Assembly (NCBI GenBank): GCA_963708025.1
Contig: CAVPSB010000031.1
Span: forward strand, 96,001 to 160,000
Source of the DNA: an uncultured Candidatus Rokubacteria bacterium
GTDB taxonomy: Bacteria > Methylomirabilota > Methylomirabilia > Rokubacteriales > DASRDR01
Direction: 5' to 3'
DNA: 64,000 nt
A program made the translations under genes and the position numbers. Below are positions 50,350-61,403 of this stretch, piece by piece. The notes beneath the pieces were generated by a model. The model saw nothing but the letters and a program-made list of their open reading frames with translations, was not told the DNA's origin and made no database searches. Each line of letters begins with the position of its first letter. The stretch's first letter is position 1.

Positions 50350-51557
50350 CTACAGCGCGAATGGGAGTGACGCGGGGGGCGTGGCCTGGCCGAAGCCGTT
50401 GAAGCCCCAGCACGCCACCGTCCCGTCGCCCCGGAGGCCGCACGTGTGAAAGGCCCCTGCGGAGACCTGGCTGAAGGGGCCGCCGGGCGGCGTGGCCTGG
50501 CCGTTGCCGTTGACGCCCCAGCACGCCACCGTCCCGTCGCCCTGGAGGCCGCACGTGTGATTGCCCCCTGCGGAGACCTGGCTGAAGGGGCCGCCGGGCG
50601 GCGTGGCCTGGCCGGACCCGTTGTTGCCCCAGCACGCCACCGTCCCGTCGCCCTGGAGGCCGCACGTGTGACTGCCCCCTGGGGAGACCTGGCTGAAGGG
50701 GCCGCCGGGCGGCGTGGCCTGGCCGGAGAAGTTGGCGCCCCAGCACGCCACCGTCCCGTCGCCCTGGATGCCGCACGTGTGAGAGAACCCCGCGGAGACC
50801 TGGCTGAAGGGGCCGCCGGGCGGCGTGGCCTGGCCGGACCCGTTGTTGCCCCAGCACAGGACCCGGCCGAGGCGGGTCAGCCCGCAGGTGAAATCGCCGC
50901 CCGCGCTCACTCCGGGCTGCGTCGCGAACGCAGCTCTCAGCACGACGCCACCCGGGCAGGTCAGCGTGACCAGGCCGAGCGTGCCGTCGAACGCGGCCGT
51001 GCAGCCGCCTCCCGAGCCCGGCGGTCCCTGCGGCCCCTGGGCGCCCGTGGCCCCGGTCTCGCCCTTGTCGCCCTTATCCCCCTTGTCGCCTCTGTCCCCC
51101 TTCTCGCCTTGCATCCCCTGAGGACCCTGGGGTCCCGACGGCCCTTGAATTCCCGGGATTCCCTGCGGTCCCGGCTGGCCCTGGGGTCCCTGGGGGCCCT
51201 GCGGGCCCACGGCGCCGTCTCCGCTGCCGATCGCCACCTCGAAGGGGAGCGCCGGGATGGGGAGTGGGCCCCCCCGGATCACCAGGAGCTGGTAGGTTGA
51301 CGGCTCGATGTCGTGCGGCAGCAGGGCGACGATCTGCGTCGGGGAGTGGAAGAGCACCGGGAGTGGCACGCCGGCGAGCTTCACCACCGGCGTCGCCGTC
51401 CCGAAGCTCGTGCCCAGATCGTCAGCCGCGAGCTCTCCAGGTCGGCATCCGCTCGCAGGATGAATGGCACGGGCAGGTCCGCCCGCGCCCCGACCGCGAC
51501 GACCAGCACCGCGATGATTCCGACCAGCACCACGCCCAGCCGTCCGCCTCTCGTCAT
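50350..51557 (-). CDS. Secreted IPT-like/collagen/RCC1-repeat protein, 5 repeats (copy 2; frameshift near 51410)
   Basis: [17 protein letters not shown] leader homologous to copy 1; collagen GXY run; RCC1 repeats. Confidence 0.85.
50376..50857 (-). repeat. 111-bp tandem repeat array (four units)
   Basis: Same unit as 37571-38275. Confidence 0.9.
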
Positions 51558-51616
51558 GTCACGCCCTCCTCTTCTTCGTGTCTCGGCCTGACGCAATCGA
51601 GACCACGCCGACGCCG

Positions 51617-51814
51617 TCAGGAGCCCGGCGCCGGCTCGGCCTCCCCGCGCGCCAGCATCGCGGCGAGGAGCCCTCCGACGTCCTCCAGCCCGTCCACCTT
51701 GGCCTTCTCGCCGGTCCGGACCCGCTCGACCACCCCGGTGACCCGCCCGAGCCCGTCCCGGTCCAGCCGGACGATGAAGACCGCTCGGTGAAGCCCCACG
51801 CCCTCGTCCGCCAT
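51617..51814 (-). CDS. Small conserved hypothetical protein (copy 2)
   Basis: AVFIVRL..D..G.VTGVVERVRTGEK..V.GLE.VG..L..M. Confidence 0.7.
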   Translation of the reverse strand: MADEGVGLHRAVFIVRLDRDGLGRVTGVVERVRTGEKAKVDGLEDVGGLLAAMLARGEAEPAPGS

Positions 51815-51921
51815 GACGTGCCCACCATGGCCGGGGGGGCGTTAGCAAACCGTCTGCGGCGGCGTTAGTGGCTGGTAATGTGGCGGGACATCGTGCTAAA
51901 GTCCGCCCACTGGCGGCGGCC

Positions 51922-54900
51922 ATGAGCCGGCTCAGCTTGAGGCTCTTCGGCGGCTTCGAGGTGGAGGGGGACCTCGGACGGCACCGCGTTGTCCCGACCC
52001 GGAAGGCCCAGGCCCTCCTCGCCTACCTGGCGCTCACGCCCGGCCAGACCCATCCGCGGGACAAGCTGGCCGCGCTCCTCTGGGCCGACACGCCCCCGGG
52101 GCCGGCCCGTACCGCGCTCCGCCAGACCCTCTTCGTCCTCCGGAAGGCGCTCGGCGCCGCCGACGGCGCCCCGCTCGTCATGACGGGCGACGCCGTCGCG
52201 CTGCCGTCGGAGGCCGTGCAGACGGACGTCGGCGGCGTTCGAGCGGGCGGTCGCCGAGGGGACGCCGGCCGCGCTCGAGCACGCGGTCGGGCTCTACCGG
52301 GGCGACCTGTTGGCCGGGCTCGGCGTCGCCGCGCCGATCTTCGAGGACTGGCTCATGAGCGAGCGGGAGCGGCTCCGCGAGCTGGCCCTCGAGGCCCTCG
52401 CGCGGCTCCTCGCCCACCAGCGGACGCGCCGGCGCGACCGCGCCCGCGATGCAGACGGCGCTCCGGCTCCTCGCCCTCGACCCGCTGCAGGAGGCCGTGC
52501 ACCGGACGCTGATGCGCCTCTACGCGCAGCTCGGGCGGCGCGACGCCGCGCTCCGCCAGTACCAGGAGTGCGTCGGAGATCCTCCGCCGCGAGCTGGCGG
52601 TCGAGCCCGAGGCCGAGACCCAGGCGCTGTACCGGGAGATCCTCCGGCAGCGGCCCGTGCCAGACGGCGGCGGGACGCCGGTCGCGGCCGGGCCGTCCGA
52701 GGCGCCGCTCGTCGGTCGCGACGGCGAGGTGACGCGGCTCCACGAGGCGCTGGCCGCGGCGTGGGCCGGACACGGTCGCGTCCTCGCCGTCCTCGGCGAG
52801 GCCGGGATCGGGCAAGAGCCGGCTCGCTGGCCGAGCTCGCCGCCGAGGCCGGACGCCGGGGCGGCTCGATCCTGCTCGGCCGCGCCTACGAGAGCGAGCA
52901 GATCCTGCCGTTCGGGCCCTGGGTCGACTGCGCTCCGGCACGCCGGCGTCCTGATCGACGCGAGGTCCCTGGAGGGTCTCGAGGCGCGTCTGGCTGCGCG
53001 GAGCTGGCGCGCCTGTTCCCGGAGCTGGCGCAGGCCGACCCGCCAGCGGCGGCCGACCCCGGAGACCAGCTCGCGCCTGTTCGAGGCCCTCGCCCGGCTG
53101 CTCCGGCATCTCGCCGTCGCGCCGGCCGCTCGTCGTCCTGCTGGAGGACGTGCCACTGGGCGGACGACATGAGCCTGCGCTTCCTCGCGTTCCTCGGCCG
53201 CCGCCTGCACGCGGCGCCCATCCTGGTGGCGATCAGCGTCCGCGAGGAGGAGGTGATCGACAGCCCGCTGCTTCGCCGCGACGCTCGACGAGCTCGCGGC
53301 CGAGGGGCGGCTGGTCCGCCTGACGCTGCCGCATCGCTCGACCATGACGACACGCTGGCGCTCGTCCGTCTGCTCGGGCGCGCGGACAGCCGGGCGGTCG
53401 CCGTGACGCAGCGGGGCGAGCAGGTCTGGGCGGCCAGCGCCGGCAATCCGTTCATCGTGGTCGAGACGATGCGCGCGATCGGTGACGGGTCCGAGGTGGA
53501 GTCCCTGGCCAGCCTGCCGGTCCCGACGCGGGTCCGGGACATGATCGCCCGCCGCCTCGACCGCCTCCAGCCGCTCGGACGGCAGCTCGCCAGCGTGGCC
53601 GCCGTCATCGGCCGCGAGTTCGACTTCGCCTTGCTCCAGGAGGCCGCGGGTCTCGATCCCCGCGACGCGGCCGAGGGCCTCGAGGAGCTGGTCCGCCGGC
53701 GCGTGGTGCACGGGGTCGGCGACCGCTTCGACTTCACGCACGACCGGATCCGGGAGGTGGCGTCTGGCCGGCTCTTGCTCCCGCGCCGGCGCGCGCTGCA
53801 TGGCGCCGTGGCGGCCGCGATGGAAGCGCTGCACGCGGGGAGCCTCGAGCCCCACTACGCGGCGCTGGCCTTCCATTATCGGGAAGGCGAGACATGGCCG
53901 AAAGCGCTCGAGTATCTCCAGCGGGCGGGCGCCCAGGCCATGGCCCGCGGCGCCTACCGGGAAGCGGCGACCTGCCTCGAACAGGCGCTCACCGCCGCCG
54001 AGCGCCTGGCCGGCCCGGAGGCAGCGCAATCGGCCCTGGAGCTGCGCCTCCGCCTGCGGAACGCGCTCCTGCCTCTCGGAGACCAGGCCCGGATGCTCGA
54101 CAACCTCCGGGAGGCGGAAGCCCTCGCCGAGCGGCTGGGCGATCAGCGCCGGCTCGGCTGGATCCTTTCGTACTCGGCTCTGGAGGTCTGGCGGCTCGGC
54201 GATCGGAGCGGGCGATCGGTCTCGCCGGGCGGGTCCTCGCCATCGCCGGGACTCTCGACGACGCCGGCCTGCGCATCATCGCGGGGATTCGACTGGGGCA
54301 GGCCTTTCACGGCCTCGGTCGGTACGCCGAGGCGATCGACGCGCTGCGGACGACGACCGCCGAGCTACACGGCGACCGGCGACGCGAGCAGTACGGTCTG
54401 TCGGCCCCACCCTCGGTGATCGCCCGGACCTGGCTCGCCTGGTGCCTGGCGGAGCGCGGGGAGTTCGCCGAGGGTCAGCGTCACGCCGAGGAGGGGCTCG
54501 CCATCGGCGAGGAGGTGAACCAGCCCTACCCGCTCGTGGCGGCGTGCTTCGGGCTCGGCCTCCTCCACCTCCGGCGCGGCAACGTCAACGATGCGATCCG
54601 CCTGCTCGAGCGGGGCATGGCGCTCGGTCGAGTCCGGGAGATCCCGGTCTTCTCCGCCTGGACCGCATCGTCGCTCGCCCTGGCCTACCTGCTGGCCGGC
54701 CAGCCCGAGCGAGGCCGGCCTCTCCTGGAGCCGCCCGTGGAGTCCGACATCCTGGCGAAGGCGGCCCAGCAGGCGTTCCCGTTCCTGTGGCTGGGCGAGG
54801 CGCATCTCCTGGCCGGTCGCCTCGACGCGGCCGCCGAGCGCGCCCGCCAGGCGCTCGGCCTCGCCCGCGCCCGGCGCGACCGCGGACACGAGGCGTACGC

Positions 54901-55135
54901 CCTGCGTCTCCTGGCCGAGGTCGCGGCTCGTCGCGAGGCCCCGGACGCCGTCGAGGCCGAGAGTCTGCATCGCCGCGCCATCGCGACGGCGGAGGAGCTG
55001 GGGATGCGGCCGCTCGCGGCCCACTGCCGGGCCGGTCTCGGCCGACTCTACCATCGAATGGGCCGCGCTGACGCTGGCGCGGCCGAAGCCGCCGCCGCGA
55101 CGGCGGCCTACCGGTCGATGGGGATGAACATCTGA
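51922..55135 (+). CDS. SARP/BTAD - AAA(STAND) - TPR regulator (copy 2; many frameshifts)
   Basis: LRLFGGF, RDKLAALLW, DPLQEAVHRTLMRLY, GEAGIG, HWADD, GNPFIVVE, THDRIREV, LGMRPL.AHC across frames. Confidence 0.82.
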
Positions 55136-55158
55136 GCGAGGCGAAAGCGGGTAGGGCG

Positions 55159-55644
55159 TCAGGGGGCCGAGCCGGCGGGCGGCATCGCGGGGCCCAGGTC
55201 CGTGACCGGGCTCGCGTAGGTGCCGGCCCAGCGGACGACGGTGCCGTCAGAGCCCGCCACCGGCGCCCCCTCGACCCAGAAGCGGTTCCGGTGCTGCGTG
55301 CGCTCCCGGAACCCCTCCGGAAGCTCGATCGGCTTCCGCACGAAGGCGCTCAACGCCATGTCGCCGGTGACCACGATGGTCCGGTCGGGGCCGGGCTGGG
55401 TCCGCTCCGTCGGGCGCGCCAGGCCGAAGAAGCGCGGCAGGAGGCCTTGATAGACCCACGCGCTCCCGATCCTCACCGGCTCTCCGGGAAGAATGACCCC
55501 GAGCCGAGGCATGGCCTGGAGCAGGGCACGCAGCCCATCGTCCCCGATGTCAACGGCGCCGAAGTGCGGCGACGCGATGTACGCCCGCGACGGCTGGGTC
55601 CGGGTTAACATGACCCGTCCGAGAGGACGTTCGATCCCCGACAT
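55159..55644 (-). CDS. Hypothetical protein
   Basis: 161-aa ORF with plausible composition; no family recognised. Confidence 0.5.
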   Translation of the reverse strand: MSGIERPLGRVMLTRTQPSRAYIASPHFGAVDIGDDGLRALLQAMPRLGVILPGEPVRIGSAWVYQGLLPRFFGLARPTERTQPGPDRTIVVTGDMALSAFVRKPIELPEGFRERTQHRNRFWVEGAPVAGSDGTVVRWAGTYASPVTDLGPAMPPAGSAP

Positions 55645-55772
55645 GCTCGCCCCATGTTATCGTGAGAGTTCTCCGACGTGAGAGCGGGCAGGGACCCCGT
55701 GCCGCACGTCCGACACCGGCCCCGCTCGCTGCTGGCGGGCCGCCCGGCCTGGCTCACTCGTCGATCGGCCGA

Positions 55773-57004
55773 TCAGCCGAGCGCCCGGAGGCGCCGGGAG
55801 GTGAGGAGCAGCAGCGCGTTGGCGGCGACCATGGCGCCGCCGACCGCCACCGCGAAGCGGGCGCTCACCGCCGCCGCCATCGCTCCCGCCAGGAGGCCCC
55901 CGAGCGGCACCAGGTTCCAGCAGAGGGCGTAGAGGCTCATCACGCGGCCCCGGAGGCGATCGGGGACGGTCTGCTGGACGAGCGTGCTGACTTGCGTCAG
56001 GTAGAAGGTGTTGCTGAAGCCGACGAGCACCAGGGTCGGCAGGGCCAGCCCCATCCCGGGCGACTGGGAGAACAGGATGAGGAACAGCCCGAGGCCCACC
56101 GCCGCCGTCAGCAGCGCCGTGCCGGGGCGCCGGATCCGGCTGGCGAGCGTGGCCAGGGTGAGCGTGCCGATCAGCGCTCCGACACCGTGGGCGGCGCTCA
56201 GGAGCCCGTAGCCGGCCGAGCCTGCCGCGAAGTACCCGTCCGCGTAGATCGGGAGCAGGGTGATGTAGGAGAGGCCGAACAGGCTGTTGAACAGGGCCAG
56301 GCCGATCAGCCCCGCGAACACGAAGTTGCCCCCGACGAAGCGCAGGCCCTCGAGGAGCTGGAGGAGGACGCTGCGCCCGTCACCGGCCGGGGGCTCGCCG
56401 CTCGGACCCGAGGCGGCTGTAGAGGATCAGCGCGACGCAGGACGCCCCCGCCGCCAGCCCGAACCCGACGGTGCCGCCGAAGGCCGCGATGAGGATGCCG
56501 GTGATCGACGGGCCGATCATCCGTCCGGCCTGCCAGGGGATGGAGCCGAGGGCGACCGCGTTCGGGAGCCGCTCGCGATCGACGAGCTGGGGGATCAGCG
56601 ACATCCGGCTCGGCTCGTCGAAGGCCCGGAAGGTGTAGCTCAAGCGCCGCCAGCACCAGCAGGTGCTCGACCCGGACGAGCCCGAGCAGCGTCAGGACGA
56701 AGGCGACCGTCAGGGTCAGGGCGGTCAGGATCTGGGTGCCGATCAGGAGGCGCAGCCGGTTGGTGCGATCGGCCAGGACGCCGCCGAACAGCTGGAAGAC
56801 GACCAGCGGCACCCCCTGGGCCAGGCCGAGGTAGCCCAGGGCCAGCGGGTCGTGGGTCACCTCCCACGTGATCCAGGCGAAGGTGACGTATTCCGCCCGG
56901 TGCCCGAGGACGTAGAAGACGAGGCCGATCCAGTAGAGGCAGTAGTTCCGCGTCTCGAGCGCGGCGAACGTGGAGAGCCTGGCGGTCCGGGTGGAGGCAG
57001 GCAA
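55773..57004 (-). CDS. MFS transporter (frameshifts near 56640 and 56410)
   Basis: GGVLADRTNR motif A, PSRMSLIPQLV, VPDRLRGRVMS. Confidence 0.85.
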
Positions 57005-57014
57005 CTCCTCGCGG

Positions 57015-57950
57015 TCACTCCACCGTCAGCACGGCCTTGCCGGGGAAGCGACGGGCGATGAGGTCCTGGGCGACCTGGGCGATCTCCGCCCACGGCCGCT
57101 CGAGGCTGATGTGGGGCGCGAGCTGCCCCGTCGCCACCAGCTCGGCGAGCCGGCGGAGGCCGACCGCCGCCGGCTCGCTCCCCAGCTCGGCGAAGAGGTA
57201 GAGGCCGTAGAGCGTCGCGCGGCCGCCGACGAAGAACTGCCGGGCGTCGAAGGTGACCTCGGCGGAGGCCGAGACGCCGAACGCCACGCAGACGCCGCCG
57301 CGCTCGAGGGCGGCCAGGGCGGTGCCGAGCGTGCGGCCGCCCACCGAGTCGAGGACGAGGTCGTACTTGGGCGAGGGCGGGATCTCGTCGCCCACCACCA
57401 CCTCGTGGGCGCCGAGCTGGCGGAGCGCCGGCGCCTGGTCGGCGCGGCGGGCGCTCGCGGTCACGTGGGCGCCGCCGAGCCGCGCGAGCTGGACCGCGAA
57501 GTCGCCGACGCCGCCGGTGGCGCCGGTGACGAGCACGCGACGGCCCAGCGCGAGCCCGCCCTTCGCGAGCGCGTGGAGCGCGGTGAGCCCGGCCACCGGG
57601 AAGGTGGCGGCCTGGGAGAGCGTCACCTTGTCGGGCAGCTCGGCGAGCGCGTGGGTCGGCACCGCCACCCGCTCCGCCCACGCCCCTTCGGGCAGGAGCC
57701 CGACCACCCGCGCGCCGGCGCGCGGGCCCGAGCCGTCGGCGGCGGCGCGCTCGACCTCGCCGGCCAGGTCCCAGCCCGGGCGCCAGCCGGCCGCCGCCAT
57801 GCCCGCCCGCCGCACCTCGCCGCGGTTGAGCGAGATGGCCCGCACGCGGACGACCGCCTCGCCGCGGTCGGGCGCGGGGTCCGCCACCGGGCGGATGACG
57901 AGCCGGCCCGGCGCCTCCGGATCGACGACGACGGCACGATTGGCGCTCAC
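57015..57950 (-). CDS. Zinc-binding dehydrogenase/quinone oxidoreductase (MDR)
   Basis: SLNRGE, PGWDLAG, VTGATGGVG, GKAVL. Confidence 0.9.
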   Translation of the reverse strand: MSANRAVVVDPEAPGRLVIRPVADPAPDRGEAVVRVRAISLNRGEVRRAGMAAAGWRPGWDLAGEVERAAADGSGPRAGARVVGLLPEGAWAERVAVPTHALAELPDKVTLSQAATFPVAGLTALHALAKGGLALGRRVLVTGATGGVGDFAVQLARLGGAHVTASARRADQAPALRQLGAHEVVVGDEIPPSPKYDLVLDSVGGRTLGTALAALERGGVCVAFGVSASAEVTFDARQFFVGGRATLYGLYLFAELGSEPAAVGLRRLAELVATGQLAPHISLERPWAEIAQVAQDLIARRFPGKAVLTVE

Positions 57951-58048
57951 GGCTGGCCTCGCTTCCTGTCAGGCGGCGTCGGGCGGAGCCGCCACGACGT
58001 CCTCGTACCGGTGCCGCCGGGTGATCAGGCCGGAGTGCTGGAACCCTC

Positions 58049-59158
58049 TCATTCCCGGTACACGATCACGCTGCGCTTGACCTCCCCGTGACGCAGGAGG
58101 TCGAAGGCCTCGTTGATCCCGGCCAGCGGCAGTCGCCGGCTGATCAGCTCGTCGAGCTTGTACTTGCCGTCCATGTAGAGGTCGATCAGCATCGGCACGT
58201 CGGTGCGCTGGTGCCCGCCGCCGAACGAGGTGCCGGTGAGCGTGCGCTGCTGCAGGAACATTGTCGGGTCGAGCGACAGCCGGGTCCCGGCGGGGCACAC
58301 GCCCACCACCACCACCATGCCGCCCCGGTGCGTGGACGCCAGCGCCTGCTCGATGGTCTTCTGCGTCCCGACGACCTCGAAGGCGTAGTCCACGCCGCTC
58401 CGGCCGGCGATGGCCTGGACCCGCGCGACGGGATCCTCCCTCGCCGCGTTTACGACGTGGGTCGCGCCGAACTCCTCGGCCCATTTCAGCTTCTGCTGCA
58501 GCACGTCGACCGCGATGATCTTCCCGGCGCCCACGAGCCGGGCCGCCTGGATCGCGTTGAGCCCCACCCCGCCGCAGCCGAAGACGGCGACGGTGGCCCC
58601 GGGCGGCACCCTGGCGTGGTTGATCACCGGGCCGGCGCCGGCCAGCACGCCGCAGCTCACGAGGCACGCCACGTCGAGCGGCACATCCTTGCGGATGGGA
58701 ATCACGCCGTCCTCGAGCATCACCGCGTGGGTGGCGTAGCCGGAGACCTGGAGGAAGTGGTGGAGCGCCTGGCCGTCCTTCCGGAACCGGCTCGTCCCGT
58801 CGAGCATGAACCAGCGGGGCTTGTCGCGCAGCGCGCACAGGGTCGGCCGGCCGTTGATGCAGTACCAGCACCGCCCGCAGGACGGGATGTAGCTGGAGCA
58901 CACGTGATCCCCGACCGCGACCGACTCCACGCCGGCGCCGACCCGCTCGACCACGCCGGCGGCCTCGTGCCCCAGCACCACCGGCAACGGATGCGGGTAG
59001 TCGCCCGTGATCACGTGCAGGTCGCTGTGGCAGACGCCGTTGGCCACGAGCCGGACGAGCACCTCGTGGGGCCCCGGCTCGAGCACCTCCACGTCCTCGA
59101 CGACCAGGGGCTTGTTCAGCTCGTACAGGACCGCGGCACTGGCGCGCATGGCGCTCAT
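58049..59158 (-). CDS. Zn-dependent alcohol dehydrogenase
   Basis: GVCHSD, GHEAAG, CGRCWYC..C structural Zn, GCGGVG. Confidence 0.93.
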   Translation of the reverse strand: MSAMRASAAVLYELNKPLVVEDVEVLEPGPHEVLVRLVANGVCHSDLHVITGDYPHPLPVVLGHEAAGVVERVGAGVESVAVGDHVCSSYIPSCGRCWYCINGRPTLCALRDKPRWFMLDGTSRFRKDGQALHHFLQVSGYATHAVMLEDGVIPIRKDVPLDVACLVSCGVLAGAGPVINHARVPPGATVAVFGCGGVGLNAIQAARLVGAGKIIAVDVLQQKLKWAEEFGATHVVNAAREDPVARVQAIAGRSGVDYAFEVVGTQKTIEQALASTHRGGMVVVVGVCPAGTRLSLDPTMFLQQRTLTGTSFGGGHQRTDVPMLIDLYMDGKYKLDELISRRLPLAGINEAFDLLRHGEVKRSVIVYRE

Positions 59159-59161
59159 CGG

Positions 59162-59991
59162 TCACCCCCGAAGATGGCTTTCAGCTCCTTGCTGGGGACG
59201 GTGTCGCGCACCCAGGTGAACCCGCCCTGTCTCCTTCATCTCGCGGGCGCCCTTGAGGAAGGCGGCCAGGGCGAGCCGCGACAGCGCGCCGCCGACGCTG
59301 ACGCGCTTGACGCCGGCCTCGGCGAGCTGGGCGAGCGTGATGGCCGGGTCGGCGGCGCTCATCACGACGTTGACCGGCTTGCCCACCGCGGCGACGACGG
59401 TGCGGATGGTGGCGAGGTCGCGGAGCCCCGGCGCGTACAGCACGTCGGCCCCGGCCTTCTCGAAGGCCTGGAGCCGCCGGATGGTGTCGTCGAGGTCGAG
59501 GCGGCCGTGGAGGAGGTTCTCCGCCCTCGCCGTCAGCACGAAGGGGAGCGGGCAGCGACGCGCGCGACCTCGACCGCGGCGTGCACCCGCTCGACCGCGA
59601 GCGCGAAGTCGTAGATCGGCCGGGCCGGGTCGCCCGTCGCGTCCTCGATCGAGCCGCCCACGACGCCCGCCTCCGCCGCCAGCCGGATCATCTCGGCGGC
59701 GGCCCGCGGCTCGTGGGCGTAGCCGTTCTCCAGGTCGGCGTTGACGGGCAGGTCCGTCGCCCCGGCGATCGCCCGGCAGTTCTCGAGGACCTCGCCCCGG
59801 CTCACCGCGCCGGTCCCGTCGACCCGGCCGAGCATGTTCGCCAGCCCCAGGCTCGTCGTCGCCAGGGCCTCGAAGCCGAGCGCGGCAAGGAGCCGGGCGG
59901 TGCCCGCGTCCCAGGGGTTCGGAATGATGAAGGCGCCCGGCCGCGCGTGCAGCGCCCGGAACGCCGCCGCCTTCTCCGCCTGCGTCCGCAT
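59162..59991 (-). CDS. Isocitrate lyase/PEP mutase family protein (frameshifts near 59555 and 59225)
   Basis: PNPWDAG, ATTS, ADLENGY, SIED; then LTARAEN, AGADVLYAPG, RVSVG. Confidence 0.85.
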
Positions 59992-60061
59992 GAAAGACCT
60001 CTCCTAACCCTGCTGGAGGCATGAGACGACGTCTGCGTGAATGGGGAATGTCGGATTGCGG

Positions 60062-61333
60062 CTAGGCCTTTTCGAAGTCGATGCGCTCCACCACCGGCAG
60101 CCCCTGGAGATGGCGGCGCAGGCAGTCCAGCGCCATCTCGACCGCGCCCAGGCGCACCCACTCGCGCCCGCCGAGGATGCGGCTCCGCCGGGAGGCGACC
60201 TCCTGTTCCGTCGCGATCGCCAGCCAGATCGTCCCCCCGAAGTCGATCCGGTCGGCGCCCTCGTCGAGGTCGACCAGGACCGCCAGCGCGTGGGTGGCGC
60301 CGGCCTGACGCCGGGCGGCGCGGGCCACCGCCTCGGCCGTCTCGCGGGTGAGCTCGCCCGCCGCCGGAGGGCCGTCGAGGCCAACGGCCGCCCACACCTC
60401 GGCGAGGTCGCGGGCCACGAGGCCCCGGCGGAAGACCTTCTCCGCGCCGGGGAGGGGGGCGACACGGGCGGCGATCGCGCCGCCGGTGAAGGTTTCCACG
60501 ATCGCCAGCGAGCCCTGGCGGCCGGCCAGCTCGCCCAGCACCACGCCCTCGAGCGTCTGGTCGTCCTCGGCCAGGATGAAGTTGCCGAGCCGCCGGCGCA
60601 CTTCCCGCTCGACCGGCGCCAGCTTCCGCCGGATGTCGTCCGGGTCGGTGCCGCGCACGGTCAGCTTGGTCTCGAGCTGCGGGTAGTGGGCCCGGAAGCC
60701 CAGCTTCACGCTCCCATCGGGGGCGAGGGCGTCCACCCCCGCCAGCAGGCTGTCGACGTGCGATTCGCCGAGCCCGTACGAGTGGAACCGCTTCAGGAGG
60801 CTCGCCGTCTGCAGGCCGCTCTTGGCGAGGAGCCGCGGGATGACCTGCTCCTCGAGCATCCGGTGGAGCTCGCGGGGCACGCCGGGGGTGAAGAAGAAGC
60901 GGCCTCGGCCGATGTCGAGCGCGAAGCCGCAGGCGGTGCCGATCGGATTGTCGATCAGCTCGGCGCCGACGGGCAGCATCGCCTGCTTCCGGTTGCTGGG
61001 CGGCATCACGCGGCTGCGCCGGCGGAACAGCTCCGCCATCTTGGCGTACCACTCCTCGCTGAAGACGAGCTCGACGCCGGCGGCCTGAGCCGCGACCTCC
61101 TGGGAGAGATCGTCCACGGTGGGACCCAGGCCCCCGTTGACGATGACCGCGTCGGCGCGCTCCCCGGCGAGCTGGAACGCCCGGAGCAGGGTCTCCCGAT
61201 CGTCGCCGACCGTCGTGCCGCACTGGACCGTGAGCCCGACGTCCTCGAGCTTCTGGCTGATGTAGCCGAAGTTCGTGTTGACGATCTTGCCGGTCAGGAC
61301 CTCGTCACCGGTGCAGATGATCTCGATGCGCAT
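60062..61333 (-). CDS. cinA: CinA-like competence/damage-inducible protein
   Basis: GDEVLTG..VNTN, GGLGPTVDD, NPIGTA, PGVPRE, ETFTGG. Confidence 0.85.
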   Translation of the reverse strand: MRIEIICTGDEVLTGKIVNTNFGYISQKLEDVGLTVQCGTTVGDDRETLLRAFQLAGERADAVIVNGGLGPTVDDLSQEVAAQAAGVELVFSEEWYAKMAELFRRRSRVMPPSNRKQAMLPVGAELIDNPIGTACGFALDIGRGRFFFTPGVPRELHRMLEEQVIPRLLAKSGLQTASLLKRFHSYGLGESHVDSLLAGVDALAPDGSVKLGFRAHYPQLETKLTVRGTDPDDIRRKLAPVEREVRRRLGNFILAEDDQTLEGVVLGELAGRQGSLAIVETFTGGAIAARVAPLPGAEKVFRRGLVARDLAEVWAAVGLDGPPAAGELTRETAEAVARAARRQAGATHALAVLVDLDEGADRIDFGGTIWLAIATEQEVASRRSRILGGREWVRLGAVEMALDCLRRHLQGLPVVERIDFEKA

Positions 61334-61403
61334 ACCCCGGGAGCGTAGCACCTGCCCCGGCACGCGGCAACCGTGCGTGCGCGCGGCCGTGCCGTTGAGC
61401 TGG

